A DNA stretch of 64,000 nucleotides from Burkholderiales bacterium (GCA_035259205.1 DATFWO010000285.1:5987-69986); one strand, 5' to 3'. Positions 19,980-28,297 are shown, counted from the stretch's first letter. Notes: generated from the sequence alone by a model not told the origin. Translations and numbers: made by a program.

Positions 19980-20411
19980 CGGGTATGTGGCAACAGCGTG
20001 GCCGGGGCTGAACTCATGTGTGCCTTCCGAGAGACTTGACCTCAAGTGGAATAGTGCCCGCTTCCCCGGAAGAGTGAAAGCAAGATGGCCTGCGCGTCGC
20101 ACTTCGCGAGATTCGGGCGCGGCGGCACCTGCTCTGTCGTGCGATGCAAAGCTGGCTCGCGGACGGCGCGGTGGACAGCGCGGGAAGCCGAGCGTTCTTC
20201 GCCGATGCGCAGGGCCGGCTGACGCCCTCGCTGGCCTGAACCGGCGGCCGTCTGGCGCTCGATACCGATGGCATTTGGTCGTCCCCCGGCCTTGGGGAAC
20301 TTCACCGGCGGCCTCCTATCTATTGGTGCATGGGCGGCGTGGCGGTGCGCCTTGGGAACGTGTGCGCCCGCACGAGAAGGGATACCACTCACGTCCACGA
20401 GAGGAATCGTC

Positions 20412-20717
20412 ATGCGATATTCGATTGTATTGACGGCAGTTCTGATGACGCTGGTTTTGAGCGCATGCGAGCAGAGAAAGGACACCGTCGTCCAGCCCGT
20501 GCCGGTGCCGAGCCCGCAAAAGGATGCGGCTCCCGCGCCATCCAAGGAGATAGTCCCGGTTCCGGGCCCCAAGGGCCCACCGGGTCCAGAGGGCGCACCA
20601 GGTCGGCAGGGCGCGCCCGGGCCGGAAGGCTCCAAAGGCGAAAAGGGTGAGAAGGGCGAGCCCGGCAAATCGGGTGGAACCACTATCGTCGTACCACCGC
20701 CGTCCGAAAATAAATAG
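20412..20717 (+). CDS. Small lipoprotein with collagen-like Gly-X-Y repeat
   Basis: Track ORF 20268-20717 trimmed to ATG 20412 (RBS GAGAGGAA 5-6 nt upstream). 101 aa: signal peptide with lipobox LSAC, a Pro-rich linker, then 12 uninterrupted triplets GPK GPP GPE GAP GRQ GAP GPE GSK GEK GEK GEP GKS (nt 20565-20672). Confidence 0.6.
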   Translation: MRYSIVLTAVLMTLVLSACEQRKDTVVQPVPVPSPQKDAAPAPSKEIVPVPGPKGPPGPEGAPGRQGAPGPEGSKGEKGEKGEPGKSGGTTIVVPPPSENK

Positions 20718-21098
20718 CGGCAACGCACTGCTGCGAGAGCAGTCGATTGCAGCGGCGCGCAGCGGCACTGCGCGTGCCCCGCCCGGGATGCCTGACCCGC
20801 GTCCCGGCCGTACGCCCGAGGCAAGTGTTCGAAACGGCCGGCTCACGGCGGCCTCTTCGCGATCGGCGGCTACCGACATCAAGCGCGGTCAGCACGAGGA
20901 GAGCAGCGCGCTGCTCACGCGCAGCACTATCTCGGGATGGCCGCGCTTATTCGAAGGTGCGCTCGCGCAGGCCCGGTTCGACTGGGTAACTGGCTTGGTT
21001 TGCCGCTGACCAATCGGCATAATTGCGGCTGCGATGCCGCCGGTATAAGCGCCGGTTCGAGCCGGATATCCGCGGCGGCGACCAAGAGGCGAACCGAT

Positions 21099-21335
21099 AT
21101 GATGATCAGCGATTCGACCACCCGCGCGCTCAACGCGATCAACGATCTGGCGGATCTGCTGCGTCTCGCTCACGGCGCGGCAGAACGCGTCCAACGGGAA
21201 GTGCACGGTTCCGTCGCATTCGACCGCGCCAACCAGATGTCGCAAAGCATCCGGGAAATCCGCGTGGCTGCCGAAGACCTCCACTTCGAGGTGGAGCGCT
21301 TCGTCAAGGAGCAGGCCGCTGCCAGCCTCGAGTAG
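21099..21335 (+). CDS. Hypothetical small helical protein
   Basis: 78 aa (MMISDSTTRALNAINDLADLLRLAHGAAERVQREV...). Composition is unlike shadow ORFs. AGAGG lies upstream. No family recognised. Confidence 0.4.
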   Translation: MMISDSTTRALNAINDLADLLRLAHGAAERVQREVHGSVAFDRANQMSQSIREIRVAAEDLHFEVERFVKEQAAASLE

Positions 21336-21348
21336 CCGCGAGCGTGCC

Positions 21349-22113
21349 GTGAGCTCTCAGAAGCGGGCGGGACTGGTCACTGGCGCGGCCAGCGGCATCG
21401 GGCGGGCCGTGGTGCTGGCGCTGGCGCGCTCCGGTTTCGATGTTGGCATCAACTACAGCTCGAGCGAGACCGCAGCGCGCAAGACGGCTGCCGAAGCCGA
21501 GAAGCTGGGCGCGAAAGCGCTGCTCCTGAAATGCGACGTGAGCGATGAAGCCGGCGTGCGAGGCATGATGGAAAAGGTGGAGGAGACGTTCGGCCGCCTC
21601 GATGTTCTGATCAACAACGCCGGAACGACGGCGAGCTGGAAGCCGAAGGATCTGGAGAGCCTGTCGCTCGATGAGTGGGACCGCGTGTTCGCGGTAAACG
21701 TCCGCGGGCTGTTCCAGGTGACCCGCGCCGCGCTTCCGCTGCTCGGGAAGGGGGAGCACCCCTGCATCGTAAACACCGCGAGCATCGTGGGTCTGAGACC
21801 CGGACCCCAGCCGATCCCCTACGCGGCCAGCAAGGCGGCAGTGATCAACCTCACGAAGACGCTGGCCTGGAACCTCGGTCCCGGCATACGAGTGAACGCA
21901 GTCGCGCCGGGATGGATGGAAGGCGACTGGATGCAGCGGATGCTGAGGGACAAGTATGACGACTTGATGGGCAAGCGCGCCAAGGCGACGCCGCTCAAAC
22001 GCTGCGTCACGGCCGACGATGTGGCGGAAACCATGATGAGCCTGGTGTCCGGCAATCGGTTCGTGACCGGCGAGGTGGTGGTCATCGACGGCGGTTTCAG
22101 CAGCTCTACGTGA
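21349..22113 (+). CDS. Short-chain dehydrogenase/reductase (FabG-like)
   Basis: 254 aa, GTG start. LVTGAASGIGRA, NNAG, S...YAASKAA catalytic motif. Confidence 0.85.
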   Translation: MSSQKRAGLVTGAASGIGRAVVLALARSGFDVGINYSSSETAARKTAAEAEKLGAKALLLKCDVSDEAGVRGMMEKVEETFGRLDVLINNAGTTASWKPKDLESLSLDEWDRVFAVNVRGLFQVTRAALPLLGKGEHPCIVNTASIVGLRPGPQPIPYAASKAAVINLTKTLAWNLGPGIRVNAVAPGWMEGDWMQRMLRDKYDDLMGKRAKATPLKRCVTADDVAETMMSLVSGNRFVTGEVVVIDGGFSSST

Positions 22114-22121
22114 ATGAAACC

Positions 22122-22216
22122 CGGGAGTGCGTCAGAGCGGGAGAACGGGAGAGCGAGAAGCTCGTTTGTGCTCTCCATCTTCCGATTTCCCGATCTCCCG
22201 ACCTCGCGATCTTCCG
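22122..22216. repeat. Inverted pair of heptamer-type arrays (CGGGAGA-type left arm, TCTCCCG/GATCTCC-type right arm)
   Basis: Left GGGAGTGCGTCAGAGCGGGAGAACGGGAGAGCGAGAAG. Right CTCTCCATCTTCCGATTTCCCGATCTCCCGACCTCGCGATCTTCC. The arms are mutually complementary in unit sequence. Fills the SDR to ligase intergenic gap. Confidence 0.7.
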
Positions 22217-22219
22217 GCC

Positions 22220-23869
22220 ATGCTTGAAGGCGTCGTCCCGTTTCCGCCTGAGTTCGCTCGCCGCTATCGCGAACGCGGCTATTGGGCGGGCCGTTCGCTC
22301 GCCCAGGAATTCGCAGTCGCCCTCGGAAGATTCGCCGACCGGGTGGCATTGATCGACCGCGACCGGGAATACACCTACCGCGACGTCGATCGGATGAGCG
22401 ATCGGCTGGCGCTCAACCTGCTGGAGCTGGGGCTGCGGCCGCTGGACCGGGTAGTCGTGCAGCTGCCCAATGTCGCGGAATTCGTGACGCTCTACGTGGC
22501 GCTGCAGAAGGCCGGCGCGATACCGGTCGCAGCGCTGGCGACGCACCGCTACAACGAGGTGAGCCAGTTCGTGCGCATCGCGTCGGCCGTTGCGTGCGCC
22601 TATCCCGAGGCGCAGGGGGATTTCCGGTTCGGGAGCATGATCCAGCGCATACAGGCGGAATCCGCCTCCTTGAGGTGGCGGTTCGTCCTCGGCAATGCCG
22701 GCGCGGGGGAGCGTTCGCTGGCGGAGTTGATCGAGCGCGAGCCTGCGCTGCCGCGCTCGATGCTCGAGAAGATCGTCATCGATCCGTCCGATCCCGCCGT
22801 GTTCCAGTTGTCGGGAGGAACGACGGGCATCCCCAAGCTCATACCGCGCACGCACAACGACTATGCCTACAACTCCAGGACCGCTGCGCCGGTCTGCGGC
22901 GTGACGGGGGATTCGATATTGCTGCTCGTGCTCCCCATCGCTCACAACCTCCCGCTCGCTTGTCCTGGCATCCAGGGCTATTTCTTCAGCGGTGGGAAGA
23001 TCGTGCTCAGCACGCACGCGCGCCCGGAGGAGATGCTCGGCCTGATCGAGAAGCACCGGGTCACGCACATCAAGCTGGTGCCGGCGCTGCTCATCCGGCT
23101 GATCGACAGTCCGGGCATCCGCAAGTTTGATCTGTCCAGCCTGAAGGTCATCCAATGCGGCGGGCAGCGCCTGCAGCCGGAAGTGCGCATGCGCGCGAAG
23201 CAGCTCATCCCGGGGGCCACGGTCCAGGAAAATTTCGGCATGGCCGAGGGCATGCTGTTTTTCGTCCGCCTGGACGATCCCGAGGACGTGCGGCTGGAGA
23301 CCTGCGGGCGACCGATCTCGCCCGACGACGAAGCAAGGCTCGTCGACGAGGAGGGCAGAGACGTAGCGGAGGGCGATGTAGGCGAGCTCGCGTGCCGGGG
23401 TCCGTACACGCTGCGCGGCTACTTCAACGCGCCCGAGCACAACGCCCGCGGGTTCACGCCGGATGGCTACTACCTCACCGGCGACCTGATGCGCCGGCAC
23501 CCTTCGGGCAACTACGTCGTGGAAGGGCGCAAGAAAGACCTGATCAACCGCGGTGGCGAGAAAATCAGCGCGGAAGAGATCGAGAACCTGATCCTCTCGC
23601 ATCCGGGCGTGCAGAACGTCGCCTGCGTGGCGCTGCCCGATGCGGTGCTGGGAGAGCGGATGTGCGCGTGCGTCATCCCGCGCATGGGCCATGCGCTGGA
23701 AATGAAGGAGCTTACCGAATTCCTCATGACCAAGGAGATCGCCAAGTTCAAGCTTCCCGAGCGGCTCGAGATCATGGATGATTTTCCGCTGTCGACTTTC
23801 GGCAAGGTCTCCAAGAAGGCTCTGGTGGCGATGGTAAGCGAACGGTCAACGGTGAACAGTAAACAGTGA
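22220..23869 (+). CDS. Aryl-acid adenylating enzyme, (2,3-dihydroxybenzoate/salicylate)-AMP ligase EntE/DhbE-like (ANL superfamily)
   Basis: Track ORF 22127-23869 trimmed to ATG 22220. 549 aa starting MLEGVVPFPPEFARRYRERGYWAG (the classic EntE-type N-terminus), with FQLSGGTTGIPKLIPRTHNDY (A3 core), GEKISAEEIE and a C-terminal K. Confidence 0.85.
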   Translation: MLEGVVPFPPEFARRYRERGYWAGRSLAQEFAVALGRFADRVALIDRDREYTYRDVDRMSDRLALNLLELGLRPLDRVVVQLPNVAEFVTLYVALQKAGAIPVAALATHRYNEVSQFVRIASAVACAYPEAQGDFRFGSMIQRIQAESASLRWRFVLGNAGAGERSLAELIEREPALPRSMLEKIVIDPSDPAVFQLSGGTTGIPKLIPRTHNDYAYNSRTAAPVCGVTGDSILLLVLPIAHNLPLACPGIQGYFFSGGKIVLSTHARPEEMLGLIEKHRVTHIKLVPALLIRLIDSPGIRKFDLSSLKVIQCGGQRLQPEVRMRAKQLIPGATVQENFGMAEGMLFFVRLDDPEDVRLETCGRPISPDDEARLVDEEGRDVAEGDVGELACRGPYTLRGYFNAPEHNARGFTPDGYYLTGDLMRRHPSGNYVVEGRKKDLINRGGEKISAEEIENLILSHPGVQNVACVALPDAVLGERMCACVIPRMGHALEMKELTEFLMTKEIAKFKLPERLEIMDDFPLSTFGKVSKKALVAMVSERSTVNSKQ

Positions 23870-23922
23870 ATTGTGGATTTGCTACCGTTCACCGCTCGCT
23901 AGGTTCTAATCACCGTTCACTC
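23833..23922. repeat. Heptamer array (GAACGGT CAACGGT GAACAGT AAACAGT GAATTGT) plus complementary arm (CCGTTCACC ... CACCGTTCACT)
   Basis: Read directly. The array encodes the last residues (...STVNSKQ) and the TGA stop (23867-23869) of the ligase. The right arm lies at 23881-23922. Confidence 0.8.
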
Positions 23923-23933
23923 CATAAACGCGT

Positions 23934-24776
23934 ATGCGGATCATTGACCTTCACTGCTATCCCGGCACCAGGGAGTGGATCGCGTGCCAGGGCCCGTACG
24001 TCGAGGCGCTGGCGAAGTACTGGAACCGCAGCTGGTCCGCCAAGACCGAGGATGAAGTCGTCAAGGATTTCACCGACGCCGGCGTAGAGGCGGTCCTCGT
24101 CGCGCTCGACCTGGAGACGACCATCGCCACGCCACCTTGCACCAACGAGTACGTGCACGGGCTCTGGCAGCGCCACCCGCAGCGCATCATACAGGCGTGG
24201 GGCGCGGTTGAGCCGGCGAAAGGCGACGTTGCGATACGCCAGGCGCGCAAGGCCGTCGAGGAGCTGGGCATGATCGGGTTCCATTTTCACCCGATCATGC
24301 AGCACTTTGCGGTCAACGACCGGCGCTACTACCCCCTGTTCGAGGTCATCAACGAGCTGAAGGCGGGGGTGATGATAGACGTCGGAACGACGGGCATGGG
24401 CGCCGGGATGCCGGGCGGGATGGGCGCGCGCATCCGCCATGCGCACCCTGCGAGCGTGGACGACCTCGCGGCTGACTTTCCGAATCTCAGGATCGTCATG
24501 GCGCATCCCGGCTGGCCGTGGGTGGACGAGACGACCGCCGTGGCGTTGCACAAGGGCAACGTGTACTGGGAAATGTCGGGCTGGGCTCCGAAATATTTCC
24601 CGGCGCAGCTCAAGGTGGACATGCGCGCGCGGCTGCAAGACAAGATCATGTTCGGCAGCGATTATCCCAGCATGCCCTATGCCCGCATCCTCAAGGAATG
24701 GCAGGAGCTCGGCTACAGCGACGCGGTGATGGAGAAGATCTTTCACCAGAATGCGGAGCACATCCTGGGCCTATGA
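23934..24776 (+). CDS. Amidohydrolase-2 family protein
   Basis: 280 aa. MRIIDLHCYPG near the N-terminus, ...IMFGSDYPSMP near the C-terminus. Confidence 0.85.
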   Translation: MRIIDLHCYPGTREWIACQGPYVEALAKYWNRSWSAKTEDEVVKDFTDAGVEAVLVALDLETTIATPPCTNEYVHGLWQRHPQRIIQAWGAVEPAKGDVAIRQARKAVEELGMIGFHFHPIMQHFAVNDRRYYPLFEVINELKAGVMIDVGTTGMGAGMPGGMGARIRHAHPASVDDLAADFPNLRIVMAHPGWPWVDETTAVALHKGNVYWEMSGWAPKYFPAQLKVDMRARLQDKIMFGSDYPSMPYARILKEWQELGYSDAVMEKIFHQNAEHILGL

Positions 24777-24784
24777 AGCCGGAA

Positions 24785-24822
24785 AAGCGGGAGCGCGGGA
24801 GGTCGGGCGATCGGGCGAACAG
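24785..24822. repeat. Degenerate heptamer-type array (GCGGGAG CGCGGGA GGTCGGG CGATCGG GCGAACA)
   Basis: Read directly, 3' of the amidohydrolase stop, between convergent genes. The weakest member of the set. Confidence 0.45.
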
Positions 24823-24910
24823 CAAAACGTAAAAGGGGAAGGAAGCCTTTCGCCTACGTGCTCTGACGCTCTCGCGATTTGCGGATCACGGGGCAGGCAG
24901 TCAGGTGTCG

Positions 24911-25870
24911 CTAGTCAGCGGTTGCGCCGGACTCTCTGACTGCGATCGCCCAGCGCGTGATTTCCGCGTCGAGAAACCGCGCGAAATCCCGGGCACCGGC
25001 GAAGGTCACGGTCATGCCCGGCTTTTCGAAAGCCTCGACCACGTCCGGTTGCGACAGTATTTTCCTCAATTCGCCTTCGAGCCGCGCAATGACCGCGGAG
25101 GCCGTCCCTCCTGTGGTCACGATGCCCGTCCAGCCGCTTACTTCGAAATCGGGAAAACCTGACTCGATCATGGTCGGCGCTTCGGGCAGCGCCGGATTGC
25201 GCGTCCGCGAGGTGATGGCGAGGGCGCGCGTGCGGCCTGCGCGTATATACGGCAGCGCCGTGGACAGTGAGTCGAACATGAAGTCGACTTCACCGGCGAG
25301 CAGCGCCGTCACGGCGGCCGGCAGCCCCCGGTAAGGGATGTGGACGGCAGGAAATGTTCCGTAGTGCTTCAACAGCTCGGCCGACAAGTGAAGGCTGGTA
25401 CCTATGGAGTTCGATGCGAAACTGGCTTTTCCTGGATTGCGACGCGCATAGTCGATCAGCTCGGCGACCGTGCGTGCCGGTGTCTTCGACCCCACGACCA
25501 GTACGTTCGGCACGCTGCCGACCAGGGCCACCGGCGCCAGGTCGCGTCTGGTGTCGAAAGGGAGAGACCTGTACAAGGTGACGTTGATCGCCGTCGGCGG
25601 CGCCACGATCAGCAAGGTGTGGCCGTCCGGTCGCGCCTTCGCGACGAGCTCGCTCGCGATGTTGCCTCCCGCGCCGGGGCGGTTGTCGACTACCACGGGC
25701 TGACCGAGCACCTCCGCGAGCCTGGGCCCCACGATCCGCGCCGTGAAGTCGCTGATGCCGCCGGGCGGCACGGTGACGACGAGCCGCAGCGGGCGGGCGG
25801 GATAGGACTGCGCGGACGCCGCGATGCAGAGACACAAAGCGACGAAGGCAGCGGGCGCGCAGCGCTTCAT
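24911..25870 (-). CDS. Bug/TctC-family periplasmic solute-binding protein
   Basis: 319 aa. Signal peptide, SYPARPLRLVVTVPPGGISD, DNRPGAGGNIA, PDGHT, FASNSIGTSLHL, HIPYRG. Confidence 0.9.
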   Translation of the reverse strand: MKRCAPAAFVALCLCIAASAQSYPARPLRLVVTVPPGGISDFTARIVGPRLAEVLGQPVVVDNRPGAGGNIASELVAKARPDGHTLLIVAPPTAINVTLYRSLPFDTRRDLAPVALVGSVPNVLVVGSKTPARTVAELIDYARRNPGKASFASNSIGTSLHLSAELLKHYGTFPAVHIPYRGLPAAVTALLAGEVDFMFDSLSTALPYIRAGRTRALAITSRTRNPALPEAPTMIESGFPDFEVSGWTGIVTTGGTASAVIARLEGELRKILSQPDVVEAFEKPGMTVTFAGARDFARFLDAEITRWAIAVRESGATAD

Positions 25871-25882
25871 CGGCGGCGATCC

Positions 25883-27055
25883 TCAGGCCCAGCCCCAGAG
25901 CTGCTTCGTAGCGATGCGCGCGCCCTCGACGAGCGCGCTGAACTTCGCCCAGACGACGCTTTCGTGAATCTCCTCGCTGCCCGCGAAGGTGCCGAATCCG
26001 CAATCGGCGCCGGCGATTACGTTCTCGCGCCCGACGATCCCCGCAAAGCGCACGATGCGCTCGGCCACCAGCTCCGGATGCTCGACCAGCACGCTCGACT
26101 GGGTGATGGTGCCCGGGATGAGGATCGTGCCGTCGGGAAGAGCGACGTTTTTCCATACGCCCCACTCGTGCTCGTGGCGCGGATTCGCGGCTTCGAACGA
26201 GATTGCGCCGGCGCGGACCTTGAGCATGATGTCGATGAAGTGCCTGAGCTCCAGGTCGTGAACGCGCGGGCCGATATTGATGCCGTAGCAGGTATGCCAG
26301 CGCACGCGGTCGCGCGGGATCCCGCGCAGGGCATGGTTCAGGGCTTCGACCCTGACTTCGGCCCACCGGCGAACCTGCTCGATGCTCAGGTCGGAGCGGA
26401 TGACGTAGCAGGTAGCGATGTGCGGATCGTCGACCTGGAGGATGAAGCCGGCATCCACGATCGCCCGGTACTCCTCGCGCATGGCATCGGCGATCGCGAA
26501 GAGGTATTCCTCCTGTGTCCGGTAATAGCGATTCCGCTGCCAGTCCTCGACGCTGGTGGGTGAAATGGCCGGCATGAAGGCGTCCGTTACCTCCTTGCCC
26601 GCCAGTGCGCTCTTGAGATTGGCGATGTCGGCCTGCACGTGCGCGTGGCCCTTGTACGAAATGGGCCCCGTGCACACCATGTGGCGGGCCGCTGCCGCGG
26701 GGCTGGGCAAGGTGCGGCCGAACCATTCGTAGAACTCGGGGAACGCCCTCGCTTCCCGCGAGTTCTTCCAGGGGCTGCCGCCCGAGGCTTCCCCGCCCGG
26801 CTCGAACCCGGCGAGCCGCTCGTTGACGTAGTGGATGAACCCCGGCTTGCCCATCTCTCCGTCGTCGACGATGTCCACGCCGAGGTCGACCTGCTTGCGT
26901 ACTATCTCGGCGACCGCGCCGCGGACCCTGGCCTCGTGCCCCTGCCGGTCCGCGGGCTCGCCACGCTCGCGGGCGCGGATCATCACAAGCAGATCGGCAG
27001 GCCGCGGCAGGCTGCCGACGTGGGTCGTGAGGATCCGGTCGACGCTGCGTTTCAT
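25883..27055 (-). CDS. Single-domain MetE-like protein (cobalamin-independent methionine synthase C-terminal-domain family; Zn-dependent alkyltransferase fold)
   Basis: Track ORF 25883-27199 trimmed to ATG 27055. 390 aa starting MKRSVDRILTTHVGSLPRP. Putative Zn ligands WHTCYG and ADCGFG, plus NPRHEHEW. Paralogue of 50702-51889. Confidence 0.85.
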   Translation of the reverse strand: MKRSVDRILTTHVGSLPRPADLLVMIRARERGEPADRQGHEARVRGAVAEIVRKQVDLGVDIVDDGEMGKPGFIHYVNERLAGFEPGGEASGGSPWKNSREARAFPEFYEWFGRTLPSPAAAARHMVCTGPISYKGHAHVQADIANLKSALAGKEVTDAFMPAISPTSVEDWQRNRYYRTQEEYLFAIADAMREEYRAIVDAGFILQVDDPHIATCYVIRSDLSIEQVRRWAEVRVEALNHALRGIPRDRVRWHTCYGINIGPRVHDLELRHFIDIMLKVRAGAISFEAANPRHEHEWGVWKNVALPDGTILIPGTITQSSVLVEHPELVAERIVRFAGIVGRENVIAGADCGFGTFAGSEEIHESVVWAKFSALVEGARIATKQLWGWA

Positions 27056-27231
27056 GGGATCAGCATATACAGTAGATATCGAGCATCCAGGGATATAGTC
27101 GTTCTGGAGGAGGACGATCTTCCTCGCGATCTGCCAGCGCCCGTCCTGCAGCAATCGGCAGACAGACACGGTTGCCGCTGGAGCAGTAATATTGCCCATC
27201 GCCTTTCATTCTGGCAACCGCGCAAGCAGCC

Positions 27232-28272
27232 ATGAACCCCCACAAGATCGACATCTTCAATCACGTGATGCCTGCGCGCTATCTCGAGCTGGTGCGGCAG
27301 CACTCCAAGGAACCCGGCATGGTGAGGCGCATGTCGAGCCTGCGCATGCTCTGGGATATCGAGGCGCGCGTCGCCATGCTGCGCGAGAAATTCGCCGACG
27401 TGCGGCAGGTGCTCACCCTGGCGTTGCCGCCGCCGGAGCTGTTGGGCGGCGCGGACGTGTCGCCCGAGTTTGCCCAGGTCGCTAACGACGGGATGGCGGA
27501 GATGTGCGCGAAATGGCCGCAGGAGTTCCCGGCGTTCGTCGCTTCGCTGCCGATGAACAATGTGCCGGCCGCGCTCGACGAGATGGACCGGGCGATCGGA
27601 AAACTGGGCGCGCGCGGGATCCAGATCTGCACCAGCGTCGGCGGGCGGCCCCTCGACGACCCCGAGTTCCTGCCGGTGCTGGAGCGCGTAACCAACTTCC
27701 ACGACCTTCCGCTCTGGATGCATCCGGTGCGGCCGGGGGCGCGGCCGGACTACCCGAACGAGCCGAGGTCGAAGTACGAGATCTGGCAGGTGCTCGGCTG
27801 GCCGTTCGAGACCAGCGTCGCGATGGCGCGCATCGTCTTCTCCGGGCTCTTCGACCGGCTGCCGCGGATGCGGATCATCACGCACCACTGCGGCGGCATG
27901 ATTCCCTATTTCGCCGGACGCGCAGAAACGCTGTGGGCGCAGCTTGGCTCGCGCAGCGCCGACGCGGAGGAGGCGGAAGTCCTCAAGCGCCTGACGAAGC
28001 CGCCGATCGAGTTTTTCAGGATGTTCTACGGGGACACGGTGCTCGGCGGGGCGGCTGCGCCGCTCGCATGCGGCCTCGCTTTTTTCGGCGCGGAGCACGT
28101 CGTATTCGCGAGCGACTGCCCGTTCGATCCGGAAGGCGGGCCCATGTTCATCCGCGAGGGGATACGCTCGATAGAGGACTTGAAGCTCTCCGAGCGGGAA
28201 AAGCGGAAGATCTATTTCGAGAACGCGCTGAAGCTGATGCGGCTCAAGAGCCCAGTGACCAGCGACCAGTGA
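27232..28272 (+). CDS. Amidohydrolase-2 family protein
   Basis: 346 aa. KIDIFNHVMP near the N-terminus, ...VVFASDCPFD near the C-terminus. Confidence 0.85.
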   Translation: MNPHKIDIFNHVMPARYLELVRQHSKEPGMVRRMSSLRMLWDIEARVAMLREKFADVRQVLTLALPPPELLGGADVSPEFAQVANDGMAEMCAKWPQEFPAFVASLPMNNVPAALDEMDRAIGKLGARGIQICTSVGGRPLDDPEFLPVLERVTNFHDLPLWMHPVRPGARPDYPNEPRSKYEIWQVLGWPFETSVAMARIVFSGLFDRLPRMRIITHHCGGMIPYFAGRAETLWAQLGSRSADAEEAEVLKRLTKPPIEFFRMFYGDTVLGGAAAPLACGLAFFGAEHVVFASDCPFDPEGGPMFIREGIRSIEDLKLSEREKRKIYFENALKLMRLKSPVTSDQ

Positions 28273-28287
28273 CCAAAGACCGGTGAG
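28253..28287. repeat. Five tandem heptamers CAGTGAC CAGCGAC CAGTGAC CAAAGAC CGGTGAG
   Basis: Read directly. Encodes the last residues (...PVTSDQ) and TGA stop (28270-28272) of the amidohydrolase. Its last unit provides the GAGG RBS of the next gene. Confidence 0.8.
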
Positions 28288-28297
28288 GCAACGCACG

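Noticed and set aside
20042-20882. 260-aa and 188-aa minus-strand Gly/Pro-rich ORFs overlapping the collagen-like gene
   Set aside because: The complement of the GGN-CCN-rich Gly-X-Y coding DNA automatically yields Pro/Gly-rich shadow ORFs. Only the plus-strand frame has an RBS, signal peptide, lipobox and a clean triplet register.
22106-23692. 528-aa minus-strand ORF opposite the aryl-AMP ligase
   Set aside because: Shadow ORF. The plus-strand product has complete ANL core motifs, and the minus-strand product has none.
27212-27228. Sigma-54-like TGGCAA-N5-CAAGCA upstream of the amidohydrolase gene, and a similar GGCACG..GC string near 18640-18665
   Set aside because: The GG-to-GC spacing is 11 nt (or the -12 element is poor) instead of the canonical 10. 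The 27212 site ends only 3 nt before the ATG, and no sigma-54 activator gene is present.
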